DNA of 32,000 nucleotides from NCBI RefSeq assembly GCF_001644705.1, contig NZ_CP015137.1:900001-932000 (forward strand), written 5' to 3'. A program made the position numbers and the translations under genes. Of this stretch, positions 10,143-22,407 are shown in pieces. This stretch comes from Dickeya solani IPO 2222 (GTDB taxonomy: Bacteria; Pseudomonadota; Gammaproteobacteria; Enterobacterales; Enterobacteriaceae). How positions within the stretch are numbered: the first letter of the stretch is position 1; each line of letters begins with the position of its first letter. Under the pieces are notes generated by a model, which was not told where the DNA came from, did no database searches, and was given only the letters and a program-made list of their open reading frames with translations.

Positions 10143-10898
10143 CTAATACTCATGTTGTTCAGACTGATATTCCTGTTGGAATTCAGCCAACAACGTTGCT
10201 TGCTCGTCAGTCAGAGCTAGGCTTTTCAGAAGTTCAGGTCTTCTAAGCCAGGTTCGGCCCAGCGACTGCTTCAAACGCCAGCGGCGTATTTCCGCATGGT
10301 TGCCCGACAGCAATACCGCCGGCACATCCATACTTTCCAACACTTCAGGCCGGGTATAATGAGGACAATCCAGCAACCCATCGGCAAAAGAATCTTCTTG
10401 TGCCGAAGCTTCATGACCCAGTACGCCGGGAATAAACCGGGCGACCGAATCAATCAGCGTCATTGCCGGCAGTTCGCCACCACTGAGAACGTAGTCGCCG
10501 ATTGACCATTCTTCGTCAATTTCGGTTTTGATGACACGCTCATCAATGCCCTCGTACCTTCCACAAACCAGAATCATCTTCTGATGTGCGGCGAGTTGAC
10601 GTACGCCTTGCTGATCCAATTTGCGACCCTGCGGTGACAGATAAATCACCCGAGCCCCTTCGCCTGCCGCTGCTTTCGCTGCATGAATGGCATCCCGCAA
10701 AGGTTGCACCATCATCAGCATACCGGGACCGCCGCCGTAAGGGCGATCGTCCACCGTGCGATGCCGATCGTAAGTGAAGTCGCGAGGACTCCAGTACTGT
10801 ACGCTCAGCAGGCCATTTTTAACTGCCCGGCCTGTGACTCCATAATCAGTAATGGCGCGGAACATTTCAGGAAACAGGCTAATCACCCCAATCCACAT
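10143..10898 (-). CDS. trmD: tRNA (guanine37-N1)-methyltransferase
   Basis: The track ORF extends to 10955, but alignment to E. coli TrmD ([31 protein letters not shown]..) places the start at ATG 10896-10898 ([13 protein letters not shown]..). Confidence 0.95.
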   Translation of the reverse strand: MWIGVISLFPEMFRAITDYGVTGRAVKNGLLSVQYWSPRDFTYDRHRTVDDRPYGGGPGMLMMVQPLRDAIHAAKAAAGEGARVIYLSPQGRKLDQQGVRQLAAHQKMILVCGRYEGIDERVIKTEIDEEWSIGDYVLSGGELPAMTLIDSVARFIPGVLGHEASAQEDSFADGLLDCPHYTRPEVLESMDVPAVLLSGNHAEIRRWRLKQSLGRTWLRRPELLKSLALTDEQATLLAEFQQEYQSEQHEY

Positions 10899-10936
10899 AG
10901 CACCGTTCCACTCATTGACTGCAGACTCTACAGAGT

Positions 10937-11485
10937 TCAAAAACCAGGATCCCAATCTACGTCAATACGATGCGTAGACAGGTCAACGTGCTTGATAACC
11001 TGTTCAGTCAGAAACGGAATCAACCGTTCCTTGACTCCGTAAGCATCTTTCAGGTTGGCTCTTACCACCAGAACGTCATTAGAACCGGTCTCCATCATGT
11101 CGATGACTTTTCCCAGTTCATAGCCACCTACGGTGACGACGTCGCAGCCAATAAGATCTTTCCAGTAATAATCATCCTCACCCAACTCAGGCAGTTGGGC
11201 CGAATCCACGACAATTTCGCAATTGGTCAGTAAATTCGCCGCATCCCGATCGTCAATATCTTTGATCTTGATGACCAGGTCCTGATTATGGTGCCGCCAG
11301 CTCTCGATCTCGATCGGTTGCCACAGCCCTTTATTCCGGATGAACCAAGGTTGATAATCAAAAATACTTTCGGCGTCTTCGGTGGATGAAAATACCCTGA
11401 GCCAACCTTTGATGCCGTACGTCGACCCCATTTTCCCCAATGTAATCGGGTTGACTGGGGCTTTCGGGCTGAGTTGCTTGCTCAT
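10937..11485 (-). CDS. rimM: 16S rRNA processing protein RimM
   Basis: [48 protein letters not shown].. matches E. coli RimM. The start is at ATG 11483-11485, three codons inside the track ORF. Confidence 0.93.
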   Translation of the reverse strand: MSKQLSPKAPVNPITLGKMGSTYGIKGWLRVFSSTEDAESIFDYQPWFIRNKGLWQPIEIESWRHHNQDLVIKIKDIDDRDAANLLTNCEIVVDSAQLPELGEDDYYWKDLIGCDVVTVGGYELGKVIDMMETGSNDVLVVRANLKDAYGVKERLIPFLTEQVIKHVDLSTHRIDVDWDPGF

Positions 11486-11503
11486 TACCACCACCGCAAC
11501 AGA

Positions 11504-11752
11504 TTATGCTGCTTTTTTCGCGTCTTTGATCAGCGCAGAAACGCGATCAGAAACGGTAGCGCCCTGACCAACCCAATGCTCGATACGGTCAAGATCCAGG
11601 CGCAGGCCTTCTGCTTTACCGGTAGCGATCGGGTTGAAGAAACCTACGCGCTCAATGAAACGACCGTCGCGCGCATTGCGGCTATCGGTCACAACAACTT
11701 GATAGAACGGACGTTTTTTAGCGCCGCCACGAGCCAAACGAATTGTTACCAT
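11504..11752 (-). CDS. rpsP: 30S ribosomal protein S16
   Basis: [41 protein letters not shown].. (82 aa) is E. coli S16. The track ORF (to 11812) carries a spurious 20-aa extension that overlaps a leader hairpin. Confidence 0.96.
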   Translation of the reverse strand: MVTIRLARGGAKKRPFYQVVVTDSRNARDGRFIERVGFFNPIATGKAEGLRLDLDRIEHWVGQGATVSDRVSALIKDAKKAA

Positions 11753-11827
11753 AACATCCTCTTTAGTTAATAAAACAACCGGGCCCCATCGAGGAACGGG
11801 GCCCAGTGTCATATAAAAAGCCCGAAG

Positions 11828-11855
11828 ATTTTACTCATTTTGGTGCAAAAAGCAA
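11828..11855 (-). promoter_or_regulatory. Candidate sigma-70 promoter of the rpsP-rimM-trmD-rplS operon
   Basis: Minus strand reads TTGCTT (11850-11855), a 16-nt spacer, then TAAAAT (11828-11833). It is followed by a GGGCCCC-N10-GGGGCCC leader hairpin at 11781-11804. Confidence 0.45.
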
Positions 11856-11911
11856 TCTAAAACCATGCATTCACACTACCGAGTTTTCTGCCGGGGTCAC
11901 ATTTCCCCGAC

Positions 11912-13273
11912 TTAGCGGCCCGGGAAACCTGGCGGCATCATACCTTTCATGCCGCGCATCATCTTGGCCAAGCCACCATTTTTCATCTTTTTCATCATGC
12001 GTTGCATATCATCAAACTGTTTCAGCAGTCGGTTGACATCCTGCACCTGCATGCCGGACCCCGTCGCGATGCGGCGCTTACGCGAACCTTTGATGATTTC
12101 CGGCTTAGCGCGCTCCTGTAGCGTCATGGAATTGATGATCGCCTCCATCCGCACCAGCACCTTGTCATCCATCTGCGATTTCATGTTATCCGGAATCTGC
12201 CCCATGCCCGGCAGCTTGCTCATCATGCTGGCCATACCGCCCATATTGCGCATCTGCTTTAGCTGATCCAAGAAATCGGTCAGATCAAAGCCATCGCCTT
12301 TCTTCAGCTTCTTAGCCAACTTCTCGGCCTGAGAACGGTCGACTTTGCTTTCCAGTTCCTCAATCAGCGAGAGCACATCGCCCATACCAAGAATGCGCGA
12401 AGCGATACGGTCCGGGTAGAAAGGCTCCAACGCATCGGTCTTCTCGCCGACACCCAGGAATTTGATTGGTTTGCCGGTAATATGGCGGATAGACAGCGCC
12501 GCACCGCCACGGGCATCACCATCGATCTTGGTCAGAATCACCCCGGTCAACGGCAGCGCCTCATTAAAGGCTTTAGCCGTATTCGCCGCATCCTGACCGG
12601 TCATGGCGTCAACCACAAACAGGGTTTCCACCGGGTTGATCGACGCATGCACCTGCTTGATTTCGTCCATCATGGCGTCATCGACATGCAGACGACCGGC
12701 GGTATCCACCAGCAGAACATCGTAGAACTTCAGTTTGGCGTGCTGCAGCGCGCGATTAACGATGTCGATAGGCTTTTCATGCGCTTCCGAGGGGAAGAAA
12801 TCGACGCCGACGGTCTCCGCCAGCGTTTCCAACTGCTTGATCGCCGCAGGGCGATACACGTCCGCCGACACAACCAGCACTTTCTTCTTCTGTTTTTCGC
12901 GCAGGAATTTTCCCAGCTTACCAACGCTGGTGGTTTTACCCGCCCCCTGCAGACCCGCCATCAACACCACCGCCGGCGGCTGAGCAGCCAGATTGAGCGC
13001 CTGGTTGACCTCGCCCATGGCGACCACCAGCTCGTTCTGAACAATCTTGACGAACTCTTGCCCCGGCGTCAGGCTCTTGTTGACCTCGTGACCAACCGCC
13101 TGCTCTTTTACACGATTGATGAAATCACGCACCACCGGCAGCGCCACGTCCGCCTCCAGCAGTGCCATACGGACTTCACGCAGCGTATCCTTGATATTGT
13201 CTTCCGTCAGCCGCCCACGGCCGCTGATATTGCGCAGAGTGCGCGATAATCGATCGGTTAAATTTTCAAACAT
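11912..13273 (-). CDS. ffh: Signal recognition particle protein Ffh
   Basis: 453-aa ORF MFENLTDRLSRTLRNISGRGRLTEDNIKDTLREVRMALLEADVALPVV.. It has the GxxGxGKT P-loop (GLQGAGKTT) and a Met-rich M-domain tail. Confidence 0.97.
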   Translation of the reverse strand: MFENLTDRLSRTLRNISGRGRLTEDNIKDTLREVRMALLEADVALPVVRDFINRVKEQAVGHEVNKSLTPGQEFVKIVQNELVVAMGEVNQALNLAAQPPAVVLMAGLQGAGKTTSVGKLGKFLREKQKKKVLVVSADVYRPAAIKQLETLAETVGVDFFPSEAHEKPIDIVNRALQHAKLKFYDVLLVDTAGRLHVDDAMMDEIKQVHASINPVETLFVVDAMTGQDAANTAKAFNEALPLTGVILTKIDGDARGGAALSIRHITGKPIKFLGVGEKTDALEPFYPDRIASRILGMGDVLSLIEELESKVDRSQAEKLAKKLKKGDGFDLTDFLDQLKQMRNMGGMASMMSKLPGMGQIPDNMKSQMDDKVLVRMEAIINSMTLQERAKPEIIKGSRKRRIATGSGMQVQDVNRLLKQFDDMQRMMKKMKNGGLAKMMRGMKGMMPPGFPGR

Positions 13274-13445
13274 ATCTCATGCTCAATGTGAAACTGGCCG
13301 CTACCGCGACGCGAACAGCGAGGAGTATAACACGAAAGCCAGACCAATCTGCGTGCGCCGGCACGGATAACTGGTTGGTGACAGTGACGACTAAGGCTAT
13401 ACTGACCCTTCATTTTACTCAGTTGATATTGAATAACCTATCGCT

Positions 13446-14240
13446 ATGTCTGTCTTCGCCATTGTAGCTTTAGCGGCCTATTTCCTCAGTCTGGGGCTGA
13501 TTATTCCCAGTCTGGTGCGAAAAAACGGAACCTACCGCCGTCTGGCAGTAGTATCCGCTACGATCGCCCTGGTCTGCCATGCAGTGGCCTTGTATCAGCG
13601 TATTTTCGATGTTCAGGTCGGACAAAACCTGAGTCTGCTGAACATTGGGTCTCTCATCAGCCTGATTATCTGCGCGGTGATGACCATCGTGTCGTCACGC
13701 AATCGCGGCTGGTTTCTCCTGCCCATCGTCTATACCTTTGCATTCATTAATCTGGCATTCGCCAGTTTCATGCCGGGTGAGTTTATTACTCACCTCGAAG
13801 CGATGCCCGGTTTGATGGTGCACATCGGTCTGGCGCTGTTTGCTTACGCCACGCTGATGATTGCCGCGTTGTATGCGCTGCAACTGGCACTGCTGGATTA
13901 CATGCTGAAAACCAAGAAACTGGGATTTGCCGCTGACATGCCGCCGCTGCTGGGTATTGAGCGCAAGATGTTCCATATTACCCAGGTGGGCGTTATCCTG
14001 CTGACGCTGACGTTATGCACCGGCCTTATCTACATGAACGATTTGCTCAGCAACAAAGAGAACCTGCATAAGGCGCTGTTCTCCCTGCTGGCATGGTTTG
14101 TCTACATTCTGCTGCTCTGGGGACACTATCACGAAGGCTGGCGCGGACGCCGGGTAGTGTGGTTCAACCTGATCGGCGCACTGTTACTCACGCTCTCCTA
14201 CTTCGGCAGCCGGGTAATACAGAACTACCTGGCGCATTGA
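13446..14240 (+). CDS. ypjD: Inner membrane protein YpjD (CcsA/cytochrome c assembly-like family)
   Basis: 264-aa polytopic ORF collinear with E. coli YpjD (..GQNLSLLN.GSL.SL.IC.VMTIV.SRNRGW.LLPIVY.. WGHYHEGWRGRRVVWFN). Divergent from ffh as in E. coli. Confidence 0.85.
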   Translation: MSVFAIVALAAYFLSLGLIIPSLVRKNGTYRRLAVVSATIALVCHAVALYQRIFDVQVGQNLSLLNIGSLISLIICAVMTIVSSRNRGWFLLPIVYTFAFINLAFASFMPGEFITHLEAMPGLMVHIGLALFAYATLMIAALYALQLALLDYMLKTKKLGFAADMPPLLGIERKMFHITQVGVILLTLTLCTGLIYMNDLLSNKENLHKALFSLLAWFVYILLLWGHYHEGWRGRRVVWFNLIGALLLTLSYFGSRVIQNYLAH

Positions 14241-14275
14241 CCACTTCCGCAGTTGAAACCTTTTATCAAGAGCAT

Positions 14276-14305
14276 AAAAAAAGAGAGCCTACGCTCTCTT
14301 TTTTA
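14276..14305. terminator. Bidirectional terminator between convergent ypjD and luxS
   Basis: AAAAAAAGAGAGC-CTAC-GCTCTCTTTTTT. Confidence 0.8.
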
Positions 14306-14326
14306 CTGACATACGTTTAACGTAAA

Positions 14327-14842
14327 TCAGATATGCAATTCCGCCAGCTTGTCTTTCGGCAGCGCCAGATCGTCATTTTTGTTGACGATAACGTCGTGTC
14401 CCAGAATGTGGCGCGCAATGTCCTGCGCTTCAGTCAGGGAATGCATTTCATAGGTGCCGCACTGATACTCGTTCAGTTCTGGAATCTTACGCTGGTCAGT
14501 GACCTTAAGCACATCCGTCATAGCCGCTTTCCAGGCGTCAGCCACGCGTTGCTCTTCCGGCGTGCCAATCAGGCTCATGTAGAAGCCGGTACGGCAACCC
14601 ATAGGAGAGATATCGATGATTTCTACGCCGTCACCGTTAAGGTGGTCACGCATGAAACCAGCAAACAAATGTTCCAGAGTATGAATACCACGCTCCGGCA
14701 TGATCTCTTGGTTAGGACGACAGAAACGCAGATCAAACACGGTAATCGTATCACCATGAGGGGTTGTCATGGTTTTGGCCACCCGAACTGCTGGCGCAGC
14801 CATACGAGTATGATCGACAGTAAAACTATCTAGTAATGGCAT
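14327..14842 (-). CDS. luxS: S-ribosylhomocysteine lyase (AI-2 synthase)
   Basis: 171-aa [41 protein letters not shown]...[17 protein letters not shown] with the HTLEH metal motif. Confidence 0.97.
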   Translation of the reverse strand: MPLLDSFTVDHTRMAAPAVRVAKTMTTPHGDTITVFDLRFCRPNQEIMPERGIHTLEHLFAGFMRDHLNGDGVEIIDISPMGCRTGFYMSLIGTPEEQRVADAWKAAMTDVLKVTDQRKIPELNEYQCGTYEMHSLTEAQDIARHILGHDVIVNKNDDLALPKDKLAELHI

Positions 14843-14881
14843 CTTGCCACCTCCTCATGAAAAATTTATTTCTCGTTTCCA

Positions 14882-14910
14882 GGAAACTTTTCTTACCGGT
14901 ACCGGTCATA
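14882..14910 (+). promoter_or_regulatory. Candidate sigma-E promoter of micA
   Basis: GGAAACTT (14882-14889), a 16-nt spacer, then TCATA (14906-14910), with the MicA 5' end 7 nt downstream. It resembles the sigma-E consensus GGAACTT-N16-TCNAA. E. coli micA is sigma-E dependent. Confidence 0.55.
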
Positions 14911-14916
14911 ATAAGT

Positions 14917-14996
14917 GAAAGACGCGCATTTATTATCATCATCCCTATTATCAGAGATGTTTCTTTGGCCACCCGATGACAATCGAGTGGCCTTTT
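14917..14996 (+). ncRNA. micA: MicA (SraD) Hfq-dependent sRNA
   Basis: GAAAGACGCGCATTTATTATCATCATCCCT.. matches the E. coli MicA 5' seed (GAAAGACGCGCAUUUGUUAUCAUCAUCCCU) as I recall it. It ends in the terminator GGCCACCCGA-TGACAA-TCGAGTGGCC-TTTT. The luxS-gshA intergenic location and the orientation opposite to both genes match E. coli. Confidence 0.85.
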
Positions 14997-15015
14997 CTTT
15001 TACCGGCTACCTGCG

Positions 15016-16569
15016 TTACTGTCTGGACAGATATGCGTCAAAACTTAACGTGTCTTCCGACTCCAGTTGACGCTGGTGCTGCCATGAACGCTCGCACTCC
15101 GAGGTAAACTGGGCTTCGGACAGAATCTCCAGCGGTTCCTGCAACAGTTGCTCGCGGTATTGCCCTGCCAGTTGCAGACCAACGCCGCCGCTGCCATTTT
15201 CCAGCATCATCGCCAAAATCCGGGCGGAGAACGTCTTGTTCGGGTCGTCGAACCCTTCCACCAGTTGGTCGCAGACCTGTCTATAATATGGCCTAACCTG
15301 CCCTTGATCCAACAATTCTGCAACACGCCGCAGATCTGCAAATAGCGAGCGCCCAACCTCAGCAATTGTCTGACGCGTCGTATCGCAGCCCATGCCTACC
15401 GTCTGCCCTGGTTTACGACCTTCCAAAATCACCTGATTCCAGTTTTTACGTGTGCAGAGCAGTTCCGCTTCACTCATTTCCGGCGCATCCGCCAGCGCAC
15501 ACCAGATCAGGAACAGGTCGAGGAATCGTGCCTGTTCGGCACTGACGCCGGTTGCCGAGAACGGATTGATGTCCAGCGAACGCACTTCGATATACTCGAT
15601 TCCGCCACGCAGCAACGCATCGGAAGGCGACTCGCCCAGACGGGTGACGCGTTTAGGCCGGATCGGCGCATACAATTCATTTTCGATCTGCAACACATTG
15701 GTATTCAGCTGCAGATAGCGGCCATCTTTTTTAAGACCAATCTCCGCATACTCTTCAGAAGGCGTGTGAATCGCCCTTTTCAGTGCTGAAACATAGGTTT
15801 CCAGACTGTTGAAGGTAATCCCAAGGTTACTCTGCGACTTATTGGTATAGCCCAGATCGCTTAAACGCAGCGATGTCGCATATGGCAGATAGAGCATCCC
15901 TTTTTCCGAACGCTCAAACGGCAAATGGGTTTCTTTGCCCTGCAGGAAAGAGGAGCAAATCGCCGGCGATGCACCAAACAGATACGGAATTACCCAGCCG
16001 AAACGGTAGTAATTACGAATCAGTTGAAAATACCCGGCGGAAATCGCTTCCTTGCCGCTGATGGCGTCGGTAATACCATCACGAGCCTGCCAGAATGCCA
16101 GCGGTAGCGAAAAATTATAGTGCACGCCAGAAATGGTCTGCATCAACGCGCCATACCGGTTTTTCAGACCCTCGCGATATAGCGTTTTGAAACGACCAAG
16201 ATTCGACGAGCCATACTGTGCCAGTTCGATATCCTGCCCTGCTTCGATAAAGCAAGGCATACTTAACGGCCACATGCGTTCATCACCCAAATGACGCGCC
16301 ACATAACGATGAATATCACGCAAAAAGGCGAGAAGGTGATCAATATCCTTGTCAACCGGCGTAATGAATTCCAGCAATGCTTCAGCAAAATCCGTGGTAA
16401 TCCAGGGATGAGTTAACGCCGCCCCCAGTTTCTCCGGATGTCCTGTTTTCGCCAGATGTCCATTTGCCATCACACGCAGTGTTTCACGCTCAATACCACG
16501 CTGGATCCCTTTTATCGACTGAGGATGTTTTTCCAGCCAAGACAGCGCTTTTGATACGTCCGGGATCAA
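15016..16569 (-). CDS. gshA: Glutamate-cysteine ligase
   Basis: 517-aa [36 protein letters not shown].., collinear with E. coli GshA. It uses a TTG start (plus strand CAA at 16567-16569), as E. coli gshA does. Confidence 0.96.
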   Translation of the reverse strand: MIPDVSKALSWLEKHPQSIKGIQRGIERETLRVMANGHLAKTGHPEKLGAALTHPWITTDFAEALLEFITPVDKDIDHLLAFLRDIHRYVARHLGDERMWPLSMPCFIEAGQDIELAQYGSSNLGRFKTLYREGLKNRYGALMQTISGVHYNFSLPLAFWQARDGITDAISGKEAISAGYFQLIRNYYRFGWVIPYLFGASPAICSSFLQGKETHLPFERSEKGMLYLPYATSLRLSDLGYTNKSQSNLGITFNSLETYVSALKRAIHTPSEEYAEIGLKKDGRYLQLNTNVLQIENELYAPIRPKRVTRLGESPSDALLRGGIEYIEVRSLDINPFSATGVSAEQARFLDLFLIWCALADAPEMSEAELLCTRKNWNQVILEGRKPGQTVGMGCDTTRQTIAEVGRSLFADLRRVAELLDQGQVRPYYRQVCDQLVEGFDDPNKTFSARILAMMLENGSGGVGLQLAGQYREQLLQEPLEILSEAQFTSECERSWQHQRQLESEDTLSFDAYLSRQ

Positions 16570-16649
16570 ATTGACCTCCCGCTATGAAGATTTAGTCATG
16601 TTAATAAGAATAATGGATGGTATATGGGGACAACAATTGTGATTACAAC

Positions 16650-17078
16650 TCACCCGGTTCCCATCGTCCATTTCATCGCCACGCCAGCTACTACCAGATA
16701 ACGCAACGTTTTTCCGATAAAAATACACATTACGGAACTTGCCCAGGGCATCCTTAGCCAACCCGACAATACGCACAATATATCGCCGACCACTGGCACC
16801 CAGCTAAATAATAATGCTGCGGTGCCGTAACGCTGCAACCAGCGTCGGGCGGTATCCAATCCTTTTTGCGGCTTAAGCTCGGGTACCAGGCGCCCAACAA
16901 TAATATTGGTGATCCCTCCCAACGTATTACCAATGGAAGCGACAATAATCAGCAGCAATGGGCTGGTGCTGTGAGTTAACAGCAACGATACCAATACGAC
17001 TTCCGAACTGCCCGGCAACAGCGTCGCACTCAGGAAGCTGCTCCAGAACAGAGAAAAGACCGCCCAAAACTCACTCAC
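16650..17078 (-). CDS. yqaA: Inner membrane protein YqaA (DedA/SNARE-associated family)
   Basis: 142-aa ORF ..FSLFWSSFLSATLLPGSSEVVLV.. ..LLFSWVPVVGDILCVLSGWLR.. similar to E. coli YqaA. The GTG start overlaps the yqaB stop (GTGA, 17075-17078). Confidence 0.85.
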   Translation of the reverse strand: MSEFWAVFSLFWSSFLSATLLPGSSEVVLVSLLLTHSTSPLLLIIVASIGNTLGGITNIIVGRLVPELKPQKGLDTARRWLQRYGTAALLFSWVPVVGDILCVLSGWLRMPWASSVMCIFIGKTLRYLVVAGVAMKWTMGTG

Positions 17079-17644
17079 AGCGTTCTTACGTCAACGACAT
17101 CCATACCGGCACTGGCAGCAGCCTGAAGGCCAAAATCAGCATCTTCAAACACGACACAGTGCTCAGGGGCGACCTGGATTAATGTTGCGCAACGCAGGAA
17201 GGTATCCGGGAAAGGTTTATGCCGCTGCACATCATCAGCACCAACCAGAGCAGAAAAATAATCACGCAGGCCAAGATGGCGCAACAGACGTTCGGCCAGA
17301 CCATGCGTACTCCCGGTGCCAACAGCCATCGGGCGGCGACCATGATACGCTTTGACGACGTCGACCAGCGGCAGTGGTTGTATGGTGTCCATCAGCATGG
17401 TTTCGGTCAGGGACGCTTTTTCCGCCGCCAGCTTATGCGGATCAAGATCCGACTGATGCTGGTTGATAATCACCTCGGCAATACGCCAGGTCGGTGCGCC
17501 GTTCAGCGCCGTCATGGCATCGTTGTCATAGCTCATACCATACTTTGCCAGTACCTGTTGCCATGCCCGGCAATGGGTTGGTTCCGTATCGAGGAGAGTG
17601 CCATCCATGTCAAAGATGAGGCCCTGATAACGATCGTACATCAT
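17075..17644 (-). CDS. yqaB: HAD-family sugar phosphatase YqaB (fructose-1-phosphate phosphatase / beta-phosphoglucomutase family)
   Basis: 189-aa [27 protein letters not shown].. with the DxDGT HAD motif. Collinear with E. coli YqaB. Confidence 0.88.
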   Translation of the reverse strand: MMYDRYQGLIFDMDGTLLDTEPTHCRAWQQVLAKYGMSYDNDAMTALNGAPTWRIAEVIINQHQSDLDPHKLAAEKASLTETMLMDTIQPLPLVDVVKAYHGRRPMAVGTGSTHGLAERLLRHLGLRDYFSALVGADDVQRHKPFPDTFLRCATLIQVAPEHCVVFEDADFGLQAAASAGMDVVDVRTL

Positions 17645-17835
17645 GACTCCGTACCCACCGAAAAGAGACGACTACTTTAACGCAAAGTTAAAACATTGTC
17701 GCTCACTCAATAACCTTAGTAAAAACAGTGAAATAGATATATCAGACGAGAGAAATACCAACACACTCGACAAAAGAAAGACGATGACGTTGAAAGCAAA
17801 CGTAGATGGTTTTGAAGAAGACGGTTTGAAGAAGA

Positions 17836-17912
17836 TGGTGCATCCGGGAGGATTCGAACCTCCGACCGCTCGGTTCGTAGCCGAGTACTCTATCCAGCTG
17901 AGCTACGGATGC
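17836..17912 (-). tRNA. tRNA-Arg (anticodon ACG), copy 3 in transcription order
   Basis: Reverse complement GCATCCGTAGCTCAGCTGGATAGAGTACTCGGCTACGAACCGAGCGGTCGGAGGTTCGAATCCTCCCGGATGCACCA, 77 nt. Cloverleaf with CT-ACG-AA anticodon loop and encoded CCA. Matches E. coli argQZYV. Confidence 0.95.
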
Positions 17913-17969
17913 ATTTTTGAAATCGTTCAGATTAAGATTTTACAACAAGAGGAAACAGCATCAGAAGAA

Positions 17970-18046
17970 TGGTGCATCCGGGAGGATTCGAACCTCCGAC
18001 CGCTCGGTTCGTAGCCGAGTACTCTATCCAGCTGAGCTACGGATGC
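17970..18046 (-). tRNA. tRNA-Arg (ACG), copy 2, identical to 17836-17912
   Basis: Same 77-nt sequence as copy 3. Confidence 0.95.
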
Positions 18047-18122
18047 ATTTCAAGACTTACTGCAAACTTCTCTTAAATTGTATCGCTGACAATGCTGTTG
18101 TCAGATAACGCAGTACATTAAA

Positions 18123-18199
18123 TGGTGCATCCAGGAGGATTCGAACCTCCGACCGCTCGGTTCGTAGCCGAGTACTCTATCCAGCTGAGCTATGGATGC
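18123..18199 (-). tRNA. tRNA-Arg (ACG), copy 1, acceptor-stem variant
   Basis: Same as the other copies except GCATCCA..TGGATGC. The 7:66 pair changes from G-C to A-U, a compensatory double change. Confidence 0.93.
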
Positions 18200-18206
18200 A
18201 ATTTAA

Positions 18207-18299
18207 TGGCGGTGAGGGAGGGATTCGAACCCTCGATGCAGCTTTTGACCGCATACTCCCTTAGCAGGGGAGCGCCTTCAGCCTCTCGGCCACCTCACC
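18207..18299 (-). tRNA. serV: tRNA-Ser (anticodon GCU), class II with long variable arm
   Basis: Reverse complement GGTGAGGTGGCCGAGAGGCTGAAGGCGCTCCCCTGCTAAGGGAGTATGCGGTCAAAAGCTGCATCGAGGGTTCGAATCCCTCCCTCACCGCCA. Close to E. coli serV. It is the first gene of the serV-arg cluster, as in E. coli. Confidence 0.93.
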
Positions 18300-18361
18300 G
18301 TACCGACTGGTAATCACTGAATTTCGCTTTCATTCAGCGCTCACCTGTCTGCGTGGCGCAC

Positions 18362-18389
18362 ATATTACTTTCCCGGACTTATAAGTCAA
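18362..18389 (-). promoter_or_regulatory. Candidate strong sigma-70 promoter of the tRNA-Ser/Arg operon
   Basis: Minus strand reads TTGACT (18384-18389), a 16-nt spacer, TAATAT (18362-18367), then the GC-rich discriminator GTGCGCC, typical of stringently controlled stable-RNA promoters. An A/T-rich UP-like tract lies upstream. Confidence 0.55.
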
Positions 18390-18573
18390 ACAATTTTTCC
18401 GATATCAGTTCCGTTTGAACACTTCGCACCCAACAAGAACAGATTAACGACAAAAAGAATGCTTTATCGCCAATAAAACAACCAGTTATTTGCATTCACG
18501 GCTGTAAATGCCCGGAAGACTATCATTGGCAAAAAAGGAAAATACAGGGAGCGGATAGAAACATTTGAACAAC

Positions 18574-18597
18574 AGCGCCTCGCCAACACGAGACGCT
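18574..18597 (-). terminator. Possible csrA terminator hairpin
   Basis: AGCGTCTCG-TGTTGG-CGAGGCGCT on the minus strand (one mismatch), 7 nt after the csrA stop. The downstream U-tract is weak (GTTGTTCAAATGTTT). Confidence 0.35.
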
Positions 18598-18603
18598 ATT
18601 CAA

Positions 18604-18789
18604 TCAATAGGAGGTAGGCTGAGACTTCTCTGCCTGAATACGTTGGTAAATCTCTTCACGGTGTACAGAGACTTCTTTCGGCGCGTTAACACCGATACGA
18701 ACCTGATTGCCCTTTACTCCTAGTACGGTAACCGTAACCTCATCGCCGATCATGAGGGTTTCGCCAACTCGACGAGTTAAAATAAGCAT
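18604..18789 (-). CDS. csrA: Carbon storage regulator CsrA (RsmA)
   Basis: 61-aa [60 protein letters not shown].., identical in core to E. coli CsrA. Confidence 0.98.
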   Translation of the reverse strand: MLILTRRVGETLMIGDEVTVTVLGVKGNQVRIGVNAPKEVSVHREEIYQRIQAEKSQPTSY

Positions 18790-19110
18790 TCTTTGCTCCT
18801 TGAAAGATTATAAAGAGTCAGGTCTCTCAGTTCTCCCGTCATTATCCATCATGGTTGGGGAAAACGTAAACCTGGATGACGAAAATGTCTCATCATCTCA
18901 CTCATTGTCTATTACTAATGTTCAGTTTAGTCGATATAAGACAGCTTGCGCTTTTTGTTATCACAACCAGACTTCACCTCATAGGCCGTCTCTGGAGCCC
19001 CACAGACGACCTATGAACAGTCTTGTTTACGGCCATCCTTACCGCAAGCTAAAAACGCCAAAACCACTCATAGTCATAGCATTTTTGCCGGGATAACACG
19101 TATTTAATAT

Positions 19111-21738
<2,628 letters not shown>

Positions 21739-21875
21739 AATTGTCCTGAAATCAAGCTAAAAGAACAGTCGCGGGCAAGGTAGATGCAGCATGCTGATGT
21801 GACCAAGCCAAACGCGAACAAAAAAGTGGGAATAAGATAAATTTTCTTAGGGGGGAAGTAAAATCCCGTATGCGT

Positions 21876-22373
21876 TCAATCGGAAAAATTCATATATACC
21901 GACTGAATTTCGTCGTGGGAAAAACCGCGGTAAAGCAAATAACGCTGAACTTTGGCACGTTCCGGCCAGTTCATTGGCAACGGGGAGCCGAACTTACGTG
22001 TCGCCACTGCTTTCGCTTGTAGATACCAGTCAATGTCGCAAGACTGCAGCGCCATACGCTGGGTAGATTTATCAATGCCCCGCTGGCTGAGCTCGGCACA
22101 AATACGCTGAGTACCATATCCTTTACGGCAGCGACTACTAATATAACGCAGAGCATAGCGTGCATCATCCAGCCAGCCCTGTTGCCGACAACTGTCCACC
22201 GCCTGCTCGATTTGAGTATTGAGCTCAGACAATACAGAACATTCGTCTGCATTATCGCACTCGCGGTTTGTCTGCAAATGCGCCGCAATTTTGCGGCGCA
22301 ATTCCATCTCGCTATGATCTCGCACAGCCAGCACATTCATCGCATAGCGGAGTACTTTCGACATGCCTGTCAT
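21876..22373 (-). CDS. recX: RecA regulator RecX
   Basis: 165-aa ORF ..AMNVLAVRDHSEMELRRKI.. ..GWLDDARYA.RYISSR.RKGYG..RI..EL.Q.GI.., 34 nt downstream of recA as in E. coli. The start could be codon 1 or codon 4. Confidence 0.88.
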   Translation of the reverse strand: MTGMSKVLRYAMNVLAVRDHSEMELRRKIAAHLQTNRECDNADECSVLSELNTQIEQAVDSCRQQGWLDDARYALRYISSRCRKGYGTQRICAELSQRGIDKSTQRMALQSCDIDWYLQAKAVATRKFGSPLPMNWPERAKVQRYLLYRGFSHDEIQSVYMNFSD

Positions 22374-22407
22374 ACCGAAAATGTGCTGCCCATACTACGA
22401 CGTTCCA

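Noticed and set aside
17643-18313. Track ORFs 17643-18014, 17917-18108 and 18122-18313 (..[26 protein letters not shown]..)
   Set aside because: They are translations across the tRNA-Arg and tRNA-Ser genes. The repeated peptide is simply the repeated tRNA sequence.
21787-21796. 10-bp perfect palindrome CAGCATGCTG upstream of alaS as the AlaRS autoregulatory operator
   Set aside because: AlaRS autorepression through a palindrome near the alaS promoter is established for E. coli. I cannot place the promoter or TSS here, and a 10-bp palindrome is weak evidence on its own.
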